This document shows, in pieces, positions 53,865 to 64,000 of a stretch of 64,000 bases of DNA. The DNA lies in contig OZ024740.1 of assembly GCA_964016885.1 (NCBI GenBank), positions 123,318,001-123,382,000 on the forward strand, given 5' to 3'. The stretch comes from Eledone cirrhosa. Taxonomy: Eukaryota. The stretch's first letter is position 1; the number at the start of each line of letters is the position of its first letter. The position numbers and the translations under genes were made by a program. The notes beneath the pieces were generated by a model, which did no database searches, was not told the origin of the DNA, and worked only from the letters and a program-made list of their open reading frames with translations.

Positions 53865-56038
53865 AAGGAAAACTGTGATATTGTCGGGGAGAAGTGTGTC
53901 CTTAATGATGATGGTGTACTTGCCATCACTGACGCTGATAAGAAGGTAGCTTGGAAGTGTCACTACGAAACGCTACTAAATGAGGAGAATAAATGGGAGA
54001 AAGACAGTCTCCCCCACACGAATCCAATAGAGGGAGCAGCAGTGCAAGCTGAAGGTAGTATAATAAGTAAGGCGATCAAAGATATGAAGACAGGCAAGGC
54101 GGCTGGGCCTTCGGAAATAGTTGCTGAAATGCTGAAAGCATCTGGAACGGTGGGACACTCTATGGACACCCGGATAGTAAACCAAGTCATACAGAATGGG
54201 GTCGTTCCGAAGGACTGGCGTAGCAAGCAGCATCATCATTAACTGCTACAAGGGTAAAGGAGATGCCCTAGATAGGGGAAACTATAGAGGCATTAAATTA
54301 ATTAACCAGGTCATGAAGTTCACAAAAAAGTAATAGCGCAACTAATCAGAGAGCGAATTGGTCTAGATGAAATGCAGTTCGGGTTTGTGTCAGGTAAAAG
54401 TACCACAGACGCTCTTTTCATTGTACGAGAACTACAGGAGAAGTACTTAGCTAAAATTAAACCCCTATACTTAGCTTTTGTTGACTTGGAGAAAGCCTTC
54501 GACAGAGTCAAACAACCCATTATCTGGTGGGCTCAAAGAAAACTAGGTGTTGATGAATGGCTTGTGAGAGCTATACAAGCCATGTATAAAGAAACAGTCA
54601 GCAAGGTTAGAATTAACAACGAATATAGTGAAGAGTTTAGCGTAAAAGTTGGTGTTCATCAGGGTTCCGTCCTTAGCCCCCTCCTATTTATTATTGCCCT
54701 TCAGAGGAGTTTAAGACCGGCTGCCCATGGGAACTCCTATAGGCAGATGATCTAACGGCCATAGCTGAATCAATGGCTGAACTAGAGAAGAAATTCCAAA
54801 CATGGAAGCATGGCCTAGAATCAAAAGGACTTAAAATTAACCTGTCTAAGACTAAAGTTCTAGTTTGTATGAAGTAAAATAGTACACTGGTCCCATCTGG
54901 GAAATGGCCATGCTCAGTATGGGTGCATAAAAGATGTGGTGGGTCACAGGTAATCTAACTAAAAATATAGATTTTATATGTGGCCGGTGCTCAGGTGCAA
55001 TAACTGGCAGCAAGTTGCCACAGAATACTAGCTCATTCCATTGCACAGATGGTTCTATAGAAATAGGGGACACCTTCCGTTACCTGGGTGACAAAATCAG
55101 CAGTGGTGGAGGGTGCTCTGAAAGTACAGTAGCTAGAGTCAGAACGGGATGGAAAAAGTTCAGAGAGCTTATACCACTATTGGCCGCTAAAGGGTTCTCT
55201 CTAAAAATGAAACGCAGGCTGTATGATGCCTGCATACGAACAGCAATGTTACATGGAAGTGAGACTTGGGCATTGTGTGCAGAGGATATACGCAGACTAG
55301 AGAGGAACGAAGCTTGCATGCTCCGCTGGATGTGTAATAGTAATATACGTGAACGGCAAAGCATAAATGAATTAAGGGAGTAATTAGGAATAAGAGGGAT
55401 CAGATGTTGTTTACTCGAGAGAAGACTACGTTGGTATGGTCACGCGATGCGAATAAAAGACGACAGCTGTATAAAAAAGTGCAGGGCAATAAAAATAGAC
55501 GGTAGCCATGGAGTAGCCAGACCCAGAAAAACCTGGGACGACTTGATAAATCCGACCTCACACACTTACCCCTCTCCAAGACAATGTCACTGAACCCAGA
55601 TCTTTGGCGCTACACAGTAATAGAGAAGACCCGCCTTACCTAAGTGCAAAGTGAAACCTACTACAGTCAGTAGGCACCTCTAACAAAATACACCCCCGGC
55701 CCACTACCCCACCCCATCCACACCACCCCTTTCGATGTAAAATTATGTTAGTACCACAACATACAGTCCGAAATAAATGAGGTCATGTAGGTGTCACGAC
55801 AAAAAAACACACAGTCCACGCTGTAATGTGGCAGTGTAGGTAACACGGTAAAAACCTTCCAGCCCACACTGTAAACGTGGTTGGTATTTGGAAGGTCATC
55901 CAGCCGTAGAAAACCCGCCAGACAATCCTATACGAGCAATACAACCAATCTTGCCTCAAGTGGGAAAATTCCCGTCCAAACCCATGCAAGCGTGGAAGAT
56001 GGACGTTAAATGATGATTATGATGATGATGATGATGAT
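53865..56038 (+). mobile_element. RTE-clade LINE copy 3, 5'-truncated, several deletions
   Basis: Starts at AAGGAAAAC (KENRDIVGEKC region) after (TA)n. RT fragments lie at 54042-55383 and the copy ends in a (GAT)n tail. Confidence 0.92.
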
Positions 56039-56076
56039 ACTACACACAGAATAGGAGACCAAACTTGTTTTTTTAA

Positions 56077-56973
56077 TCTATATATATAAAACTGTGGTTG
56101 TCTGTCTGTCTATCGATTTTTGGCACACATCTCCTCTTAGAATCTCTCACGGAATTGCACCGAAATTGCTATACTTGTACATTGAGCCCTAGCGAAGACA
56201 TCGGAAAAAAAAATTTCAAATTGACCCACCCTATGTGACGAAATCGAATATAATGTATCGATTTTTGAGCGTAAGTTATCAGTTATTTCCCTTTGTTCTG
56301 TTTACATTGAGCGTCTTACGTAAAAAATTACGCTGGCTTTAACAGTTGTCGAGCCAGCAAAATATTGACCTGCAAAATTCATCAGTTCGAACACTAAGCT
56401 TCCGTTTTGCTTCATTTCCATTTAAAAGCATTTTAAAACAATATTTTTACTTGAAAACAAGTCTATTTAAAGACTACGTAAAACAAGCAAATATTTCGTC
56501 GTTAGGCGTGCAGACAGACAGTCGTGCAGACAGACGGTCGTGCAGAGAGGTGATATAGGCGTGCAGACAGACAGTCGTGCAGAGAGGTGATATAGGCGTG
56601 CAGACAGACAGTCGTGCAGAGAGGTGATATAGGCGTGCAGAGAGGTGATATAGGCGTGCAGACAGACATAACTGATAATTTGGTTACGCTAATGTTTTTC
56701 TCTGCGTTGCCGTGTTTACATTTTCGATCTTTGTTAATAAATAACCAGTGCAGTTTCTATCCCCAGCATCCTCTTTTGTTATAACATTCGGGTTATCGTT
56801 ATGTTTTCTTAACTTCATAAGGCATATTGTTGGTTGAGGGAATATTAATCAAAAACACCACATGCAAGTCTGCACAGTAGACACTACAGTTTTTAAGCCA
56901 AGAAAGAAACTTAACATTGTAACTTTAACACAGCTACTGAGCGACCCTGAGCAACGCCGGGCTTTACTGCTAG
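56077..56973 (+). mobile_element. Non-autonomous Helitron with internal minisatellite
   Basis: A|TCTATATATATAAAA..GTCTGTCTGTC 5' end. 3' end is a CCCTGAGCAACGCCGGG hairpin...CTAG|T. Confidence 0.88.
56504..56668. repeat. Minisatellite built from GGCGTGCAGACAGACAGTCGTGCAGAGAGGTGATATA subunits
   Basis: Direct reading: unit of about 37 bp with shorter variants. Confidence 0.9.
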
Positions 56974-57056
56974 TATTTGATAAAATTGATATGCTAATCA
57001 AATCCATGAAATATACCTGTTCTTTTACGCTTTTACTTTTTATACCATATATATAA

Positions 57057-57134
<78 letters not shown>

Positions 57135-57164
57135 ATAAGTATGTGTGTATACATACATGTATGC

Positions 57165-57249
57165 AAGTATGTACGTATACATACATACTTACATTTAAGT
57201 ATCAGCCGTACTAAGAGTGAGAAATAACATTTCGTTTCATTTTTTTTCC

Positions 57250-57254
<5 letters not shown>
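57165..57254 (+). mobile_element. Fragment of the 428-bp hammerhead repeat family
   Basis: GTATGTACGTATACATAC..TTTAAGTA.CAGCCGTACTAAGAGTG.GAAAT..TTTCGTTTCATTTTTT.CC.TTTAT matches 7032-7114 and also ends in (TA)n. Confidence 0.85.
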
Positions 57255-57287
<33 letters not shown>

Positions 57288-57444
57288 AAGAGAGATAAAC
57301 ACAGATATATACATATGTGTTCAAATCGTAAGGGACCAGATTCGCCAGGGTGAATAGGATATAACTATTAACAATACGGTTTGCCAGACTCAATTTAAAA
57401 GAATAAATTAAGAAAAAGTACAAACCGAAATTGTGACAACTATC

Positions 57445-57520
57445 AATTTTACAGCTTTTGGCAAAACTGTTTCGCAATTAAGTGAAGGGAATTACCAATT
57501 CTATTGCTCGTCAGTGGATG
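57445..57520 (-). ncRNA. Hammerhead core with strong stems II and III, weak stem I
   Basis: Minus strand reads CATCCA|CTGACGA|GCAAT...ATTGC|GAAA|CAGTTTT GCCA AAAGCTG|TA. Cores are intact, stem II is closed by G-C, stem III is long and the site is GUA. Confidence 0.65.
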
Positions 57521-58294
57521 TGTGAATTAGTAAAACCTTTCACTTTCCATAAATTCGGCTCCTTGAATTTGTGAATCTTGTGATATTTGCAGTGGGGCGC
57601 TGAAACCTGGACTAACAATAAGGTGGTTAGGGAACAGTTAATATTCTAATAAAGACAAGTATTAGGTTCAAGGGTGTCACGCTTCCGAAGAAGCTGGATG
57701 TTATCTGCCTGACAGATACTAAGATTTGTTCAGCACTTGGGCAAAATAGAATGTGAGAATAACTGGAAATAATTGAAGGAGTCTGTGTGTAATGTTTTTG
57801 CTGCTATGGTTGGTTTTGCAAAATGCAAACACCATGATTTGTTTAACTAAAATTATAAGGAGATAAGTAAGTTACTATCAGTAAAGAAGAGAGCACTTTT
57901 GATTTTGCTCAATGATGGCCACACTGACACTGAACAGATAAAAGACAAAACAAATACATTGTTCAATGTTCTTTGCAGTGGTACTTTTAATGGCATTGAA
58001 AGCATCATCCAATAAGGTCATACAAGCATTGTCTCTTTCAACACCATAAAAAGCACAATGTTCTACTCGCCGCAAGAAAAAACATTATTGCACCCCATCC
58101 TCCTTAAGCATGAAAGGCATAACTCAAACCCTTGCCTTTACACCAAATACTGGTCTCACAATCACTTATCAAATGTACAATACAAGGTGGTAGAATGTAA
58201 TTCAGAACCAAGTTATTATAAAATGTACCATTTAACAACACAGCCATAGCTGAATCCACACATTACCTATATTATGAAAGGTTATATATGTAAG

Positions 58295-58482
58295 ATTAGT
58301 GATGTTGCCAGTACAAAAAGCACCCAGTACAATCTGTAAAATGGTAGTGCTGGTGCCATGATAAAATGCACGCAGTATAATCTGTGAAGTGATTGGCCTT
58401 AGTAATGGCATTTAATGGACCTGATCAATTGTGGACCATAACAAACTGTTCAACCCATGGCAGCAAAGAATGCAAACATAAA

Positions 58483-58519
<37 letters not shown>
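58295..58519 (+). mobile_element. Diverged RTE-tail or SINE fragment with (GAT)n tail
   Basis: AAAAAGCACCCAGTAC..CTGTAAA repeated, AACCCATGGCAGC, and (GAT)n at 58483-58519. Confidence 0.6.
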
Positions 58520-58523
<4 letters not shown>

Positions 58524-59477
58524 AGTTTTTGCTTTTGTTTTCCAAATGTTTCACATACTTGCTATTCCCTTTAATCTAAAAAATGATGATACCAAAAAGC
58601 AATGAGCCCATATATTTTGTTCCCACTACACAACTATTGCCTTTCATGATTTGTTTTATAGTCTACAGTTTCATTCCCACTTCCTTATAAATATATGAAA
58701 AGTAGATATCAGTATGTTTCAGAAAGTTATATACTCTACTTACAAAATACATTACAATCACACAGATACACATGCATCCAAACATAAAAATGTGGAAACA
58801 GTCTTTTAAAAAGATATGAGCCTTTTAGAGACGCCTAAAGAAATGTCAGAAGATAAATCACGAATTTACGAACAGAGCTAGACTAAATGTTATTCAAAGG
58901 AATGTTTATCATCAGAATCATAGTTTATTTCTATTAGTTCCATAATAATAGAATGATTGCTCTAGGATATATAGAATACAAATAACTGGAGAAATGACAC
59001 TGAACTAATAGAAGCAGACCAGATCGTTCTCAAAATATATTTCAGTGCACCAGTACCATAGGAGGTTGTATACAAATGGTATGAATACAATAACACAATA
59101 AAATACAACTAATGCCTAAGATCTAACTCTTGTGGCATTGTTGAAAACCCTGGAGCCATGTAATACATCAAAAGAGAATATCCAGAGATTTCTCTTGAGC
59201 ACATGAGGATTTCAGTTTAGTACTACAAACTAACAAAACATTGTCAATTATATAGTGATTAGCGGATAAGCTTGCTTGGCTTGCTTCTGGCTAGTGCCTG
59301 TGGCAGGCTTAAAATGTTCATTCCACTCGCATTTTACAATTTAGTAAATAATATAATTCACCAAAGCTTTATATAAATTTAATAGACTTTGCATTTTACA
59401 TGTTTATAGATATATACTTTAAAACAAAGAGGTTTGTTAAAAAATATTTCCGTTTTGTTTTAAATTGTTTAAAAAAA

Positions 59478-59517
59478 TATATATATGTATTTTGAATATG
59501 TTTTGTTATACACTTAT

Positions 59518-59551
<34 letters not shown>

Positions 59552-59674
59552 GATTTTTATACACGATCTCCCTGCTAGCAAGGGTGCATATGTATATATA
59601 TAGGGAAATCGTGTATAAAAACCATATATATATACGTGTGTGTGTGTGTGTATAAGTGTATAACAAAACAGATT

Positions 59675-59690
<16 letters not shown>
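59478..59690. repeat. Long foldback inverted repeat (arms about 90-95 bp, 28-bp spacer)
   Basis: TTTTGAATATGTTTTGTTATACACTTAT(AC)n..TTTTTATACACGATCTCCCT at 59478-59573 is mirrored at 59602-59690. Confidence 0.88.
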
Positions 59691-59726
<36 letters not shown>

Positions 59727-59809
59727 GAAGTACGCTTGGAATGAAGCGAGCACAGTTTAAAATTGAAATAGAACATTTGCCGTAATATTTTTCACTAGAA
59801 TATAGACTA

Positions 59810-61480
59810 ATAATGGGCTTTGTAAACCCACTGAGGTTTGGGGACCATGGATAATTGCAGCAGTGCTCTCCACTGGCTTTTCTCCCTCATGAAGTCCATC
59901 TACTCCACCAGTTTTTTTTCCTGTCAAATCCCTGCTTTCATCATTCTAGCATCCCTTAGTCTTCCCCTCAATCTTCTACCATCGATGCATCCCTCCATGA
60001 TGTGTGTTCAGATGTGCTGTAACCCAAATCCAAGGCCAAATTATTGCAGCTTTCACTTCCATATGGTTGTGATCATCTGCCTTTCATCTTCTCAAGGACA
60101 AAAACCTTATTTTTGTAGTCTATCCAGCTGATATGTCATGCTCACATGTAACATGTCTCACATGACATCAGTTTGTTAACATTGGTAGTTTTCAGTATCC
60201 ACGTTTGTAACCATACAGTGCCATCAGTCACACTAAGATCTTCAGAAGTTTCAACATGAAACTCTTATGTAGAATGTGATCTTCTTCTAAGCGAGTTCTG
60301 ATTGTATGACTACCATCCACTTTTCAATCTATGGTGGGTACCAGGTACTTGAATTTTTTAACTGAGCTACTGTAGAACATCCAGCAAATGGTTATGATTG
60401 TTGAGTGCACCAGTGATTCCCATACTGCAATGGGAGAAAAAGGAAACAACGACTAGAGAGTTGTAAATATAATGGCTAAAAGATATCATGAATAAATATC
60501 TGTCTACAAAACACACATTTTAACGTTGCCTCTTCTTGGTCTGTATAGCACGACAGCAAACTATACTAGAGTAACGTCCTGACATTGAATGTCTTGCTGC
60601 ATCAGTTCCCTTGTGGCTGCCAGGAATCTCATCGACCTAGTGTTGACCTAAAAAAAAACATTTTCCACTTCAAGCCCTCTTTGGAGTGTTTTCGGTATTG
60701 TTGCTATCAGAATGGTATCATCAGCAAAGCAAAGGTTTTTTTTAGATTCCAACCACCAATAGTTACTCCTATCCAAAATAGATTGTCTGCAGATTGTTGC
60801 ATTGCCTCTTCCAAGTATAAATTAAAGAAATAGCTAGCATGAAGCACACCTGCTGCACACATTTCTCGGTGGAAAACTCCTTTGTCAGATAGTCCTCCAA
60901 TTTAACTGCTAGATGCTGCCCACTGTACAGTTTCTGCAATGTTGACTCCCATCTTTACCAATACAGTTCACAAAATTGAGTGTCAAATGGAGTTGAAAGC
61001 TTTATTGTAATCAATGAAGGCTCTGAACAGGGGAACATTGTACTTCCATGCCATTTCCATAATGATCCTGATGTGGAAGTTCTGATATTTTGTACCAACT
61101 TTTTTTTGAATGCCCATCTGCAACTTGGTCAGTTGTTCCTCTGTCATTTTTGATATTCTCTTCAACATAACTCATAGAAGTATCTTGCTGGCATGGCTAA
61201 TGTGAGTGATTTTGTGATATTCATATTCTGCAGTTCAGGAGATGTTTGGAATGGGAATGAACACTCATTTCAATAAGTCTGTTGGCCACTCGCCAATTTC
61301 CAAGATCTTGTTGCAGATCTTACATATTACTTAAACCATTAAGCAGCTGTCTGTCTTGAACAACCTCACAAGCTTGTTAGAAATACACATTATTTTGTTC
61401 TTTGGCAGTATTTCCAGTAAACACTCTGAAGTAGGCTTGTCATACTCTTTTACACTTTTACCTGTTCCAGCCATCCAGCT
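59810..61480 (-). mobile_element. Old RTE-clade LINE, heavily decayed
   Basis: Minus ORF 60983-61168 gives EQLTKLQMG...IRIIMEMAWKYNVPLFRAFIDYNKAFNSI. LCFADD-like sequence lies near 60720 and FKYL near 60350. Boundaries are approximate. Confidence 0.7.
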
Positions 61481-61620
61481 GAGGCCATGCTGGGGCATAT
61501 ATAGTGAAAAAACGCGTGGATGTTAGAAAACATTTTATACAGATCCCGTTATATAAGGAAAAAGATAAAAAGATAATAAAAAGATGGCTTGAAAAGCGCA
61601 CCTTGCATATATATTTGGTA

Positions 61621-64000
61621 TAGGTAGTGTATTTGTCACCAATTTAGCGGAGAAGTATTTAGATAGTTGTAATATCGCCACGAGGAACCAGGTTTCGAAG
61701 AAAGATATGATAGGAATATCGACAACGACTTTAGCTTGGTTTTACATTATCTATTAACAGAGGCTGAGCTGGCATGCCAAGAGAAATAAAACAAATCAAT
61801 TAAGATTACAAGAGACAATACGGTCGACTGGCTGAGGCGTTTAGCTAATTCCGTAGTAAAATTGTTGTGTCGTTACATATTGTTTGTGCTGGCGGAGCAA
61901 AAGAACAAGTGGTGTTTACGTTGGCGCGGTCTAGCTGGAAGTGATAGCGTCCTCAAATCTTTGCGGGCTATTTCTCCCTCAGAACGCGTAGGGATACATC
62001 CTCTTCTACTGGCGCTGATTGGCTGAGCTGAGCCAAATCACGCACGTGAGCCCGCGGAATGTAGGTCACTACATCACCTCCGAGCAGATTTTCAGCCGAA
62101 AATCGTTAATGATGAAGCCGAGGACCCACAGATTATTGAATCAGCAAGAACAAATGCTGAAAGAGCACATCAGTGAAAAAATAATTGAGCAGAAAGATGC
62201 ATGCAAGAAAAAAAAATGAGGCGCGACGGGCCGTGTTGAACCGCTGTCAAATGACTAGCTGTTTTGTAGTTTATACGTGACCACCAAAGGTCTACCAGAA
62301 AACAGATAAAGTCTGACATTGGCGAAGTTGCTGTTCTTGCATTAAATGTTAATGGTAAGTGTTGTACCAGTAGCTGTGGACGAAGCTATGGTGGTAGTTT
62401 ACCAGTGCTGGCAAGAAGATGATGGGTAGGCGAGAAAATGTTGGCCTCCCAGATGTATTGCCGAATGTGCTAGGGGGCCAGGAAAAAATGGCTGGTTGCT
62501 TTGATAAGAAAAAAAGCAAGCTGAATCTGTAGGTGGGTTGCAGTCCCACAATTCGGGCGAATCCACAGAAGTGGTGGAAATGCTGACAAGTCCAGTTCTA
62601 TTTGTTGTTTTCCCGGTGAGTTGGGTAAGATAACAAGATAGAGGTTGTTATGGACGATGAATATGCAACGAGATGCGAAACTGTTTGAGTTCAGCTGCAA
62701 TTAGCATTCTCGTGTTGCGATGCAGGTGAATTAAGCTGCAAGTGTCGATAGCATGTTTTGGTACCTCTAGAAGGTGAAAAGAGATCTCGCAGAATATTAC
62801 GACGCTTGAAGATCGCATACCATAGACAACAACATGTTGGTGTGTGTATATATGCAGGCATGTAATACAGCAAAGAAAATGTGTGCGTGCGGTCACATAT
62901 ATAATGATAGAGAGAAATGAATTTTCATATAATACAGTTTTAAACAAATAAATCTCCAAAATAAATTCCTGAAACAAAAGGAAGAAAGAAAGAATTGTTT
63001 CTTTTCTTTTAACAAAAAGTCCGCTTCTGTTTTCTTTGGGATCGATCTTACTAGGAAGCTAGTAGAGTTGTTGTTGTTAAAGCAAAGTCACAATGAATCT
63101 TCTGTAGAGTCGAAGTCTAGCGTTGAAGAACCTATAGTCACCAACCTGGCAGCCACGTCTGACGCCATAATGGTGAGAAAACTAATGTCTTAATTTCTCG
63201 AGTCCTTGTGGTAACGAGACAGAAGATATGGTGGTTGCGTCGGTAAAGTTACAAGCCGTTTCCTGGTGTTGGTTAATAGTTAGTCATGTTTTGCTGATGA
63301 TGGCTGGTACTTGGTGGTAGCGGTTTTGAAATTTCCTCGTGGCGTAAAGTTTTGGAAATACTGCTAATTTTTTCTTTTATTTCTAAAATATTCTAAAGAA
63401 AATTTGAATAATAAAAAAAATTATTTTCTATGAAAATTATTCGCAAGAAAATCCAAGATGGCTGATTCAAAAATGAAGAAGCCGTCATGTGGCACGGTGC
63501 AGCCAATAAGACGGCTGGGATTGGAGAAGACAAGCTGTACGCGGGAAAACAAAATTCCTGAGTCTCCATTTGTAATTTCAACAGAACGCCGAAAGCAAAA
63601 TTCCACATCCAGAGAAATCCTTTTTTTTTTAATTAATTTTTTTTGTTGTAATTTTGTGTTCGTCTGTATGCGTGAGTTACTAGTGTTACCATGAAAGTTA
63701 TGACAGAAATATTGTGCAGGTCGCGTGCTTCAACAAGTGGAATATTATGAGTGTTATGGACTTATGCTAAGTGAGTCTAGCTACCCGATTCGAACATTCC
63801 AAATGTTAAGCCACTCTACATTGCCATTAAAACGAATGGCGAATTCAAATAGGCTGCGTTTTCATACTTAATCGTCGAGGGTCGCCAATTTTGTGTAGGT
63901 AGTGTATTTGTCACCAATTTAGCGGAGAAGTATTTAGAGAGTTGTAATGTCGCCACGAGGAACCAGGTTTGGTAGAAAGATATGATAGGAATATCGACAA
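61621..64000. repeat. Unclassified element with a direct repeat of period 2275 bp (LTR pair or macrosatellite unit); continues beyond the window
   Basis: 61621-61725 recurs at 63896-64000 with few substitutions. The interior is CpG-rich and has no recognisable coding motif. Confidence 0.75.

Noticed and set aside
56504-56668. CRISPR-like repeat array
   Set aside because: There are no unique spacers and the context is eukaryotic; it is a minisatellite inside a Helitron.
63295-63345. CTGATGA...GAAA in the right-edge repeat
   Set aside because: No convincing stems I, II or III.

Overview
AT-rich, (TA)n-dense eukaryotic DNA made almost entirely of transposable elements. The repeat content looks like a cephalopod (Octopus-like) genome, which is an inference. 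No host protein-coding gene is confidently visible. Retroelements: the 3' part of an R4/Dong-type LINE with an open RT plus restriction-like endonuclease ORF (1-1797); a decayed Tx1/L1-type LINE (minus, about 1953-5850); three young copies and several fragments of one RTE-clade LINE family with a PHD-like zinc finger inside its RT; a CRE-like remnant; older RTE remnants; a Penelope-like (Naiad-type) RT plus GIY-YIG element (minus, about 35.3-39.3 kb) and a second GIY-YIG remnant. Also present: three non-autonomous Helitrons, a nested MITE, two tRNA-derived SINE families and an unexplained CpG-rich 2275-bp direct-repeat unit at the right edge. The most notable signal is a set of self-cleaving ribozyme motifs read by eye. 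One well-formed minimal type I hammerhead sits inside a 428-bp tandem, retrozyme-like repeat (6447-7114). At least five more intact or decayed hammerheads lie in unrelated sequences, several beside (TA)n and two at the 3' side of Penelope-like elements. An HDV-like fold candidate lies at the 5' end of a bipartite RTE derivative. Together these suggest a Penelope-driven family of ribozyme-bearing non-autonomous retroelements. All folds and family names are by-eye calls that need computational confirmation.
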